64,000 bases of DNA. It comes from an uncultured Syntrophomonadaceae bacterium. Its GTDB lineage: Bacteria > Bacillota > Dethiobacteria > DTU022. Under the pieces are notes generated by a model. The model made no database searches, was not told the DNA's origin, and worked only from the letters and a program-made list of their open reading frames with translations. The stretch is from positions 29,709 to 93,708 of the forward strand of contig CAYMIW010000005.1 in NCBI GenBank assembly GCA_964390725.1, read 5' to 3'. How positions within the stretch are numbered: the first letter of the stretch is position 1; every line of letters starts with the position of its first letter. The position numbers and the translations under genes were made by a program. Positions 34,270 to 43,546 of this stretch are shown piece by piece.

Positions 34270-37061
34270 TCCTTCATTAAAATTTGCGCTGTCTGAATCT
34301 TTCCCGGGGCGAGAATCAGCTTGGTCCGGGAATCACCTTCTGCTTTCAGTTCCATACTGACCGGACGTATTGGTTGATTGTCCAGCAAGTAAAACTCTTT
34401 TGCAATTGAGGAATAGTTGCAAAGACGTATATAAATTCTATCTTCTTCCCGGAACAGGGCAGTGATATTGAGACCGGGGGGTAAAACTGGCAGAAAATTA
34501 TAAATGGCAGACGCTTTTCGAGGTTCGTCCTGATCAATAGTCCCAACCAAAAAAGGTCTGGCAAAGGATGTTGAAGTGCTAATTAGTTCTTCGGGTGTGA
34601 TAGCACCATAATGCAGGGCAGAACGGTAGGTAAGTCTACCCTTCAGCCTGGCATAGAGGGAGCCGCCGGCGCGTAGAGAATCGTCACTGGCATAAAGCCA
34701 TTCACGGGGAGCCCAGGCAAGGACTGTCTGCAGGAGGCCCTGCTCTGCCTCCCAGCGGCAGCCGAAAGTGCCCTTCCTGAGAAGTGACCATCCCGGATTG
34801 CTGCCGCTAGCAGGAGCAGCAAATCCATCGGCATTAAAATTAGTTGCTTTTCGACTCTCGACCAGGAATGCGCCGCCTGTGAGAATTTCAGAAGCTGGAT
34901 TAAAATGAAAATTCAGGTTCAGTTTCTTCTCATTCTGCATATAATAAGCGCGGCCTGGGCTTGATTCTTTTTTCTCAGGTCCGAAATAAAGGCCCTCTCC
35001 GCAATCTAAGGTCACATTGATTTCAATGCGGGGCAGGGTTCGGTAAAAGACGAACTCCTCCTCAAAAAGTATTTTACCGATGCTGCCCTGGAGAAGATAA
35101 ATATCAGCTATCGGACCACAGGACAGCCTCTGAAGAGTTGATTTTTGCAGGCGGGAATCATAGATCTGTCCTTCTCCGATAACTGTCAGGTAGCCACCTC
35201 TGATAAACTGCTTTGTTTCTAATGCTCTCAGCTCCAGTTCTCCCTCCATGGTAAGCCGGGCCTGGTAGCACTCGCCTGTGAAAAGAACTTCTTCTTCCAC
35301 CTGTAGCGGCTTACAGTTTTTATCGGGGAGACTTTCTTCAATAGTAAAGATAGCCGTTTCTCCTTTAAATGGCGGCAGCTCGAGGGTGTAAAGCAAATAG
35401 CTTCCATTTGTTCCTGTCACAGACTGGGTTGCCCCGATGACCCCATCGGCGCAGATTAACTGCTGTCGCTGATCTGAATCTTTATCGAGGGGGATGATCA
35501 CGGTCTCACGACGCCGAAAGGGAAGGGAGTTGAAGGTAGTAATGCTTGTACTTTTTTGCCTGGGTAGAACCTCATCTTTTTCCAGCAGCCTGGCCCCGGT
35601 AAGAGCAGCAAAAGAACCTGAAACAACCTCCCGGGCTTTACTGGTAGCAGCGGTTGCAAGTTGAACAGCAATTTCTCCCATCGGCAGGCTGTGCAGGCGA
35701 GAATGCCAGGGGCTGCAGAGGTGTAGATCGTGATGCTGGGATTGAAGGGCGCTTTTCCAGGCCTCCCTCAGAGCATCCAGGTTGCCTGGTTCTCCACTGC
35801 CGCTGATAAAAACAAGCGTGTCCAGTTGCTCTGCTTCCAGAATTTGATAGGTCGCTTCTTGGGCTGCCTTTAGGGGAGCATCGCCCATTAATCCATAGGG
35901 ATAATAACAGGGAAAGTCATCACTGCTAAAGTAAGTTTCAATCGGAGAAGGGAACTTTTTGCGGGCATTAGAAAGCAACTTCAGATATTTTGTAGGGGTG
36001 ATAAAACGAGCCACACCGGACGCTGCCAGGCTGCAAGCCTCCTTCAGGGGCGCTCCGGAAAGAATATTAAAATCCTCGAAGCGGGAGAGCAGTGGGTAAT
36101 CAAGGTCATGGTCGCTGGCAAGATTTCTAAAATGCTCTAATCCCTCGCTGTTATAATTGGTTAATCCCTCAGGGAGCAAATGCGCACCCATAAAGTGAAC
36201 GGGATCATCCGGCCCGTAATGCATGGATATTTCCCGGGGAATACTTTGCTCATCAAGAGCTTCCCTGTCAAAAGCACTGCCATAATGCATAAAGGGATAA
36301 CGTGGAATCGTTTTGATTCGGCTGCCGTCGGGAGCTTGCCAGTAGAAGAGGGGGAAAGACAAGGATGGATCACTGCCGAAAGGAGCCCAGTGTGTTCTTA
36401 AGATTGCCAGTTGATATCTGAAAGAGTTAAGAATCTGGGGTAGCTGGGGAAAGAAAGAGGGTTCCTGGGCGGCAAAGGTTTGCACTTCAGCAGCAAGGGC
36501 TTCCCTGATCATAAGTCGGCCATAGTAGAAATGGCGGATATATGATTCGCCGTCTAGTAATCCAGCCAGAGGTTGGGCAAAGGTGCCATTTACCAGTTCC
36601 AGTCGACCATTGTCAAGAGCCTTCCGGAGGTCCGCGATTGCTTCAGGCATCTCTGCAGTCATTACCGAAAAGGTGTGGCCATCTATTTCAAATGCGCTGG
36701 AGAGAGAATGACACTTTTCGAGCCTCTTTAGAATCGGTTTGGCCACCACCGGCCAATTATATATTTTCCAGGTTTCACCACCGGGAATAACAATCCAGTC
36801 CCAGAATGTTGCTCCGCCGTGATAACCATCAATAAAATAGACAGTCTGATTCGGTTCGGCAGATGTCGCTTCAGGTTTCCCTGAAGAACGACGGTAGTCA
36901 CAGTAAAATTCCAAAGCAACCCAGCTTTTTAAAGCCGCCGCCACCGCTCGGGCTAACCACTTAAATAGTATTGTCCCAATTTTCATTTGCACCATCTTTC
37001 TAAGCCGTGTTGAATTCGACAGGGAAAAATCACTGGCCGACGAAAGATATTGTTTATCCAT
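34266..37061 (-). CDS. Divergent GH38 (alpha-mannosidase)-like glycoside hydrolase, 931 aa
   Basis: GRLELVNG..AQP...LDGESYIRH, QLPQIL, FYWQAPDGSRI, QHHD (middle domain) and FNSLPFRR motifs. Confidence 0.72.
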   Translation of the reverse strand: MDKQYLSSASDFSLSNSTRLRKMVQMKIGTILFKWLARAVAAALKSWVALEFYCDYRRSSGKPEATSAEPNQTVYFIDGYHGGATFWDWIVIPGGETWKIYNWPVVAKPILKRLEKCHSLSSAFEIDGHTFSVMTAEMPEAIADLRKALDNGRLELVNGTFAQPLAGLLDGESYIRHFYYGRLMIREALAAEVQTFAAQEPSFFPQLPQILNSFRYQLAILRTHWAPFGSDPSLSFPLFYWQAPDGSRIKTIPRYPFMHYGSAFDREALDEQSIPREISMHYGPDDPVHFMGAHLLPEGLTNYNSEGLEHFRNLASDHDLDYPLLSRFEDFNILSGAPLKEACSLAASGVARFITPTKYLKLLSNARKKFPSPIETYFSSDDFPCYYPYGLMGDAPLKAAQEATYQILEAEQLDTLVFISGSGEPGNLDALREAWKSALQSQHHDLHLCSPWHSRLHSLPMGEIAVQLATAATSKAREVVSGSFAALTGARLLEKDEVLPRQKSTSITTFNSLPFRRRETVIIPLDKDSDQRQQLICADGVIGATQSVTGTNGSYLLYTLELPPFKGETAIFTIEESLPDKNCKPLQVEEEVLFTGECYQARLTMEGELELRALETKQFIRGGYLTVIGEGQIYDSRLQKSTLQRLSCGPIADIYLLQGSIGKILFEEEFVFYRTLPRIEINVTLDCGEGLYFGPEKKESSPGRAYYMQNEKKLNLNFHFNPASEILTGGAFLVESRKATNFNADGFAAPASGSNPGWSLLRKGTFGCRWEAEQGLLQTVLAWAPREWLYASDDSLRAGGSLYARLKGRLTYRSALHYGAITPEELISTSTSFARPFLVGTIDQDEPRKASAIYNFLPVLPPGLNITALFREEDRIYIRLCNYSSIAKEFYLLDNQPIRPVSMELKAEGDSRTKLILAPGKIQTAQILMKE

Positions 37062-37088
37062 CTGCTCTGCATTAATCCATAATAATTA

Positions 37089-37811
37089 TCAGTTTACCTC
37101 GACCAGCACTTTAAGAGCTGTTCCATCCCGGAGAGCATTAAACCCCCTTTTAATCTCAGATAAAGGAACACAGTGGGAAATATTTTTTTCCAAAGGAAGC
37201 AGGCCACTTTCCAGCAACCTGACAGCAGTTGGAAATGTATGACAGGCGATGTAACTTCCGAAGATTTTTAGTTCCCGATGGGTGATATCATTTTGAACAA
37301 TTGCTTTACAGGCGGTGTTATCCTGACCGACAAGAAGGATACTGCCTCCGGATCGACAGATCCGCACAGCTTCTTCAAAGAGACAGCCAGCTGCATCAAC
37401 TACCACTTCCGCGCCGGACATCTCGTTGTCTGTGGTTAAGGTCTCAGCCGGATCGATGCTAATTGGATCAAGGGCTTCTGCTGCCGGGCAGATCCGGCGG
37501 GCTGTTTCCCGGCGTTGGGGGGATGTATCAGTTAGGACAATCTTTCCTGCACCACCGGCGCCGAATAAGAGCGCAAATATTACACCGATCGGTCCGGCGC
37601 CCAGGATTGCCTGCTCTACAGAAGCATGAGTAGAGATGATATAAAGAGAAGATAGCGGTACAACAGCATAAGATACAAACCCGCCATCAAGAAAAATACC
37701 CAGGGTAGTCATCGCCGAACAGGAGTTGGGCATGCCTTTTCGGCAGGCCAGGCGGACCAGGTCCAACTGTCCTGGGGCTTTAAACTGTGCAGCCAGCATT
37801 AACTGTTTCAA
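37089..37811 (-). pseudogene. Zn-dependent (sorbitol/threonine dehydrogenase-like) MDR gene with two in-frame internal deletions; probably non-catalytic
   Basis: Keeps CRKG.PN.C...LGI..DGGF, GAGPIG and the ALKVLV C-terminus. Lacks the C.G.D.H, GHE, GDRV and EP segments; 240 aa against ~340 typical. Confidence 0.7.
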
Positions 37812-37926
37812 GGATGTTCAGCTCCTTGACTACATATTAAGAAAGCTTTTTTACTGCAAAGCATTTATTTCGCCAACTATTTGGAAATCGTTGTAAAAAA
37901 TATCTTCTGGCCCGCCGACCCGCGCT

Positions 37927-39012
37927 TTAGCTACAACCGCAGCTACGGCGGATAAGTAGCTCGGGGGCAAGAACTATTTTACTGAATTCTTTTTTCTGGC
38001 CTTCTTTCAGTTCAGTCAGGATTAGTTCAGCGGCGACTTGCCCCAGTTTATTCTTCGGCTGGGCAATGGTCGTCAGGCAAACCCGTGGATAAGAGGCAAA
38101 ACTTATATCGTCAAAGCCGATGACAGCCAGATCACCGGGGATGTTCAGGCCCAGTTCATCGGCCGCCTGCATAACTCCCATGGCCAGGAGGTCATTGGCA
38201 GCAAAAATAGCGTCGGGTCGGCCGGCCATATTCAGCAGTTTCAGAGTGTTGTGGTATCCTGACTTCCAGGTAAAAGATCCGTAGCGGCACAGTTCAGGAT
38301 CAATTTCTATTCCAGCCTCGGCAAGGGACTTCAAAAAACCGGAAAATCGTTCCTTGGTTGCTTGCGTTCCCTCCAGCCCACCGATAAAAGCTATCCGCTT
38401 GTAGCCATGCTCTAAAAGGTGGCAGCCGGCCAGGTACCCCCCACGGACATCATCGATAATGACCTGGTTGCATTGAATATCCCGCGCAAAGCTGCTTATG
38501 GCCACCAGGGGAAGGCAGGTTTGGGCGAACTTTTCGGCAATCGTACCGTTGTCATTAGAAGAAGCCAGAATCAACCCGTCAATCCGTCGGCTTTCGAAGA
38601 GAGACAAAAAAGACAGCTCTTTTTTGCCATTCCAGTTTGTATTGCAAAGAAAAACAGAATACCCTGCCCTGGCTGCGGCTTCCTCAACCCCGCGGGCAAC
38701 TTCCGGGAAAAAGGGGTTGGTGATATCTGGAATAACCAGCGCCAGAGCGCAGGCTTGCCGTGTTACCAGGCTGCGTGCAGCGGCATTGGGAGAATAGCCA
38801 AGGCGCTCTGCTGCTTCCTGCACCCTAAACTTGGTGTCCTTATTTACTCCGGGGCGGTTGTTTAATGCCCTGGAAACAGTTGCGTAGGATATTCCAGCTT
38901 CTGCGGCGATATCTTTTATGGTCACGCTGTTTTTTCTTCTTTTGTGTTGCAATAAAATCCGCCTTTCTGCTTCAGGATTACTGATCTTCCCAATCCATTG
39001 ATATTTAGCCAT
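37927..39012 (-). CDS. LacI family transcriptional regulator
   Basis: TIKDIAAEAGISYATVSRALN HTH, YSPNAAARSL, IPGDLAVIGFDD and LTTIAQP. Confidence 0.95.
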   Translation of the reverse strand: MAKYQWIGKISNPEAERRILLQHKRRKNSVTIKDIAAEAGISYATVSRALNNRPGVNKDTKFRVQEAAERLGYSPNAAARSLVTRQACALALVIPDITNPFFPEVARGVEEAAARAGYSVFLCNTNWNGKKELSFLSLFESRRIDGLILASSNDNGTIAEKFAQTCLPLVAISSFARDIQCNQVIIDDVRGGYLAGCHLLEHGYKRIAFIGGLEGTQATKERFSGFLKSLAEAGIEIDPELCRYGSFTWKSGYHNTLKLLNMAGRPDAIFAANDLLAMGVMQAADELGLNIPGDLAVIGFDDISFASYPRVCLTTIAQPKNKLGQVAAELILTELKEGQKKEFSKIVLAPELLIRRSCGCS

Positions 39013-39043
39013 TCCTGGTCGGGAAAACAGGCGTTATATGAGC

Positions 39044-39061
39044 ATTGTAAACGTTTACAAT
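39044..39061. promoter_or_regulatory. LacI-family operator (perfect 18-bp palindrome)
   Basis: ATTGTAAAC-GTTTACAAT with the central CG typical of LacI/CcpA sites, ~30 nt upstream of the LacI ORF. Confidence 0.8.
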
Positions 39062-39158
39062 AGCTGGTCGAAAAAATGGCCGAATAGGTCGGCACACATC
39101 ATACTTCGTCATTAAATTAAAATACCCTCTATTCTGACATTTTTTTTTGAAATCTAAA

Positions 39159-39211
39159 AATTGTCAGGGAATTGTCAGGGGGACGAATTGTCAGGGGGAC
39201 GGGGTTGTTGA
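39159..39211 (+). repeat. Three nested, progressively longer copies of AATTGTCAGGG(GGACG)(GGGTTGTTGA)
   Basis: Copies start at 39159, 39170 and 39186; a further AATTGTCAGG lies at 39645. Confidence 0.8.
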
Positions 39212-39531
39212 GCTGTTTGCGCTGCAGGCCGAGGAAGTCGGCACCTCGCCATTTTTTAAAATCCACATATTCTTCTTAGCAGGTGGTTTCGCGACAGCTT
39301 TCTGAGCAGGCTTTCCATGCCAGGATGCTGGTAGATGACTCCCGCTAAGCTTAAGTTCCACATCACCCTGACCGAATAATCATTGCGGCTATTTTAACTC
39401 ACTCTTTCTAAATGCTGTGTCAGCCATTCATCAGGCATATACTCAAGCACCAGCTTAAGTCTTTCCAGATTACCTAATTTTTCAACCTCAGCCCAGTTAA
39501 AAATCTGTTGCTGTCGAATTATAATAGCCAT
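39212..39531 (-). mobile_element. Degenerate DDE transposase N-terminal remnant (IS1182/IS5-like, DUF772-type domain)
   Basis: Reads MAIIIRQQQIFNWAEVEKLGNLERLKLVLEYMPDEWL...*NSRNDYSVRVMWN..LAGVIYQHPGMESLLRKLSRN..LRRICGF*, with in-frame stops and no catalytic domain. Family assignment is from recollection. Confidence 0.72.
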
Positions 39532-39872
39532 CAGGGAAGTCCTTCTTTGTTGTGGTTTTGCCTAAAGACTATTCCGACAAAGTTGAGGATTTCTTTTTTT
39601 ATTACCTTCTACACCATGATCATGTAAATAGATCTAATCTAGATAATTGTCAGGATATATATAGGGTCAATTCTGCCACCACCAGCTAATCAAACTGACA
39701 TAATCTAGATCCTAAAGACTCACTTTGGGGGAAAATGTCTTTGTATCTTCTTATAATGTCTTAACTCTCAGGCCTTGCCGAAGATCGCAAATGGTTCGAA
39801 TAAAAATGCTTGCCATACAGGTAAATCGTGATAGACCGGCGAATAACTAATTATCAATAAGCAGGAGGGAAA

Positions 39873-41096
39873 ATGGTGAAAAAGGCAATGCAGGTATGGT
39901 CGGAAGTGGGACCGTTAAAAAAAGTGCTGCTGCACAGGCCGGGTTTGGAGTTAAAAAATCTAACACCCCGCTACTTGGAAGATTTGCTTTTTGATGAGAT
40001 CCCCTGGCTGGCGAAAGCACAGGTTGAACATGATGGTTTTGCCAGGGCCTTAAAAGAGAGTGGAGTAGAGGTATTTTATGTGAGCAGTATGCTTTTGGAT
40101 ATTGTCGGTGATCTTGAGGTAAAAAGTGAGTTGATCAAACGGCACCTCAAAGCCAGCCCGCTTATTGAACCGGATGTTCTTGATACAATTTATCAATACC
40201 TTTATGAGCTGCCTCCGGAAGAGCTGGTTTCCACCATTATAGCCGGGTTGTCAAAACAGGATATCAGGCACTTAAAGAAGTATGTCTCACTGAGCGATTT
40301 GACCATCGACAGCTACCCATTTTACCTGGCGCCTCTGCCAAACATGTATTTCACCAGGGATCACGGAGCAATGATTGGGAGTCGGATCCAGATCAGCACC
40401 ATGTTTTTAACCGCCCGCAGGCTGGAAACGATTTTTCTTCGTATTCTTCAGAAATATCATCCTCTGTTTAAGAATATGGAACTGTCTTTCCATGAGGAAA
40501 TTCCTTACGGCATTGAAGGAGGAGATATTTTTATTCTGAATCGCGATACACTGATGATCGGTTTAAGCGAAAGAACTACTGAAGAGGCTATTGAATGGGT
40601 TGCTCATAAGTATATTGTGGAAAAAGAAATGGTTAAACAAATCATTGTGGTGCAAATTCCTTCAAGGAGAACCTACATGCACCTCGATACTGTATTTACA
40701 ATGGTGGATATCGACAAGTTTCTAATGTATCCAGGGGTCAGGAACCAGGTTAACATATACTGGCTGGAAAAGGGTAATGATAACAGGGTGAACGCCAGTA
40801 ATGGCTATAGTCTGCAGGGTGCTTTAAGGAAAGCTTTAAGTTTAAAAAGTGTCGATATTATTTATTCAGGGGCTAATGATGAAATAACTGCCGCCCGGGA
40901 GCAGTGGGGCGACAGCACCAATACCCTGGCGGTTAAGCCGGGAACGGTGATATGCTATGATCGTAATGAAGCAACAAACGATACCCTGCGTAAGCATGGG
41001 GTAGATGTTATTGAAATTGATGGTTCGGAATTGGTTCGTGGCCGCGGTGGTCCGCGGTGCATGAGCATGCCGCTCGACCGTTCAAATCTTGAGTAG
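39873..41096 (+). CDS. arcA: Arginine deiminase
   Basis: SEVGPLKKVLLHRPG, LLFDE, YFTRD, IEGGD, MHLDTV and RGRGGPRCMS (catalytic Cys). Confidence 0.95.
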   Translation: MVKKAMQVWSEVGPLKKVLLHRPGLELKNLTPRYLEDLLFDEIPWLAKAQVEHDGFARALKESGVEVFYVSSMLLDIVGDLEVKSELIKRHLKASPLIEPDVLDTIYQYLYELPPEELVSTIIAGLSKQDIRHLKKYVSLSDLTIDSYPFYLAPLPNMYFTRDHGAMIGSRIQISTMFLTARRLETIFLRILQKYHPLFKNMELSFHEEIPYGIEGGDIFILNRDTLMIGLSERTTEEAIEWVAHKYIVEKEMVKQIIVVQIPSRRTYMHLDTVFTMVDIDKFLMYPGVRNQVNIYWLEKGNDNRVNASNGYSLQGALRKALSLKSVDIIYSGANDEITAAREQWGDSTNTLAVKPGTVICYDRNEATNDTLRKHGVDVIEIDGSELVRGRGGPRCMSMPLDRSNLE

Positions 41097-41139
41097 GCAG
41101 GCCAGGTTCATTATATAAAAGATCTAGGAGGCAGATATT

Positions 41140-42120
41140 ATGGAAAGGGAATTATCACTTGAATTTGTCCGGGTAACTGAAGCTGCAGCAATTGCTTCCG
41201 GACGTCTGATGGGTAGAGGTGATAAAGAGGCTGCCGATCAGGCTGCAGTTGATGCTATGCGTGCAGTATTTGACACTGTTCACATAAATGGAACTGTAGT
41301 AATCGGGGAAGGAGAAAAGGATGAGGCGCCGATGCTCTATATCGGTGAAAAGGTTGGCGTCGCCGATAAACCCTGTGTTGATGTTGCTGTTGATCCTCTT
41401 GAAGGAACAAATCTTGTAGCCAGGGGTTTACCAAATGCCCTTTCTGTGATGGCTGTTGCTCCGGAAGGAGACCTGCTCCAGGCTCCCGATGTGTTTTATA
41501 TGGACAAAATTGCTGTTGGACCGAAGGCAAAAGGTTGTATTAACCTGGATGCGCCGGTTAAAGAAAACCTTAATGCGGTGGCTAAAGCACTGGATCGCGA
41601 TGTTAGCGAAGTTACTGCTATTATTCTTGATCGGCCCAGGCATAAACAATTAATTGCAGAAATCCGTGAAGCTGGCGCCAGGGTTAAGCTAATTTCTGAT
41701 GGCGATGTTTCCGCAGCGATATCAACCGCAATTGATAATACGGGTGTTGATATTTTGTTTGGTATCGGAGGGGCTCCGGAAGGGGTAATATCGGCAGTGG
41801 CGATGAAAATACTCGATGGTGAAATCCAGGGACGTTTGATTCCCAAGGGAGAGGACCTTAACTGTATACATGATCAGGATCATGAGGCGTGTGGAAAACT
41901 GCTAATGCTTGATGATTTGGTAAAGGGAGATGACATTTTCTTTGCTGCAACAGGGATTACTGATGGCGATATGCTCAGCGGTGTTCGCTACCGCGGCAAT
42001 GTTGCCGAAACTCACTCCCTGGTTATGAGAGGTATAACCAAAACAATCCGAAATATTTACGCAACGCATACCCTGAAAATGAAACCTCGTTTTGTTTCCA
42101 AAGAGTCATTATGCCGCTGA
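41140..42120 (+). CDS. glpX: Class II fructose-1,6-bisphosphatase
   Basis: [42 protein letters not shown] and ATGITDG. Confidence 0.96.
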   Translation: MERELSLEFVRVTEAAAIASGRLMGRGDKEAADQAAVDAMRAVFDTVHINGTVVIGEGEKDEAPMLYIGEKVGVADKPCVDVAVDPLEGTNLVARGLPNALSVMAVAPEGDLLQAPDVFYMDKIAVGPKAKGCINLDAPVKENLNAVAKALDRDVSEVTAIILDRPRHKQLIAEIREAGARVKLISDGDVSAAISTAIDNTGVDILFGIGGAPEGVISAVAMKILDGEIQGRLIPKGEDLNCIHDQDHEACGKLLMLDDLVKGDDIFFAATGITDGDMLSGVRYRGNVAETHSLVMRGITKTIRNIYATHTLKMKPRFVSKESLCR

Positions 42121-42586
42121 CAGAGTAAACCTGCTCTTATAATTAGCCCGCCCGCCGGTATTCTAAACGGAGGCGGGTCCTGCCATTATATGCTTCACAG
42201 TAAAGCTTATTATTGCTACTTAACTATTAAAAAATTCGTTTTTACAGGTTGCAGAACTATGCTGCTTGCAATGCCCATGAATAAATATTTTACACCGCCG
42301 TTTTCTCTCTGTCTGATAACAACAATATCATAGGCTCCACTCTCGGCTTCTCCGGTAATTATTTCTGTTCTTCAATAATGCAGTTTTTACTTTCTGAAAC
42401 ATACCTTAATGAAAAAATGAAGACCAGGAAAATTAAAGATTACATTTTTAGAAGCGAAAGTTAAAAAGCACTTGGAGGATAAGAAACCACTGAATAGAAA
42501 TTTACTGTATAGCCAATTGATTTGGTGCAGAATTTTGTCAGATGGTTGTAAATAATTATTTAGACGGGAAAGGCGGGCTGGTTTAA

Positions 42587-43528
42587 ATGGTTCCGACATT
42601 AGAGTCAATCAGAAACGCTGCCGGCAGGATCAGGGAATACGTTCATCATACCCCGATTTATACATCTGCTGCCCTGGATAAGATTTGCGGGGCAAAAATA
42701 TACTTAAAAGCTGAGAATATGCAGAAAGCTGGTGCATTTAAAGCACGGGGTGCTGTAAATGCAGTTATGTGTCTGACAGAAAAGGAAGCCTGTAACGGTG
42801 TAGCAACTCATTCATCCGGGAATCATGCTGCGGCTCTCGCTTATGCTGCTCGCTGCAGGGGTATCAAGGCTTATGTTGTAATGCCTGAAAATGCCCCTGC
42901 AGTTAAAAAGGCAGCGGTTAAGAGTTATGGTGCGGATATTTTTTATTGTGAAGCCAACGAACAAGCCAGGGAGGCGGCACTCAAAAATGTAGTTAAACAG
43001 ACAGGAGCTACTTTTATACACCCGTTCAACAACTACCGGGTTATTGAGGGGCAGGCAACTGCGGCGCTGGAAATGTTGCATGATGTAAGTTCGCTTGAAG
43101 CAATCATTGCACCTGTGGGAGGAGGAGGCCTTCTGAGTGGCACTGCACTGGCAGCTTCCTATGCCGCGACCGGTATAAAGGTCTTCGGTGCCGAACCACA
43201 AGCGGCAGATGATGCCTGGCAATCTTTACAGGAAGGCAGAATCATCCCTGCCAATAATCCTGAAACCATTGCTGACGGGTTGAGAACGTCGCTGGGAGAG
43301 CTTACATTTGCCATCATAGCAAAATCGGTAGAAACGATTATAACTGTGTCCGAAGAAGAAATCATCCAGGCGATGCGTCTGATTTGGGAGAGGGCAAAGC
43401 TTGTGGTTGAACCTTCTGCTGCTGTTGCCCTGGCAGCTGTTACCAGCAGTCGTCATAAAATCGATGCCGGCAGTATCGGGTTGATTATTTCCGGCGGCAA
43501 TGTTGATCTGGATAATCTACCCTGGTGA
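42587..43528 (+). CDS. PLP-dependent serine racemase / threonine-serine dehydratase family protein (no ACT domain)
   Basis: KAENMQKAGAFKARGA (PLP Lys), HSSGNHA, VGGGGL, TIADGL and ISGGNVD. Confidence 0.9.
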   Translation: MVPTLESIRNAAGRIREYVHHTPIYTSAALDKICGAKIYLKAENMQKAGAFKARGAVNAVMCLTEKEACNGVATHSSGNHAAALAYAARCRGIKAYVVMPENAPAVKKAAVKSYGADIFYCEANEQAREAALKNVVKQTGATFIHPFNNYRVIEGQATAALEMLHDVSSLEAIIAPVGGGGLLSGTALAASYAATGIKVFGAEPQAADDAWQSLQEGRIIPANNPETIADGLRTSLGELTFAIIAKSVETIITVSEEEIIQAMRLIWERAKLVVEPSAAVALAAVTSSRHKIDAGSIGLIISGGNVDLDNLPW

Positions 43529-43546
43529 AAAAGAGACTGTGCTTAG

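Noticed and set aside
42121-42586. Hidden gene or ncRNA in the glpX to PLP-enzyme intergenic region, including ORF 42387-42608
   Set aside because: Only a probable terminator-like hairpin near 42147-42178 and AT-rich sequence; no convincing RBS-led ORF or recognisable RNA motif.
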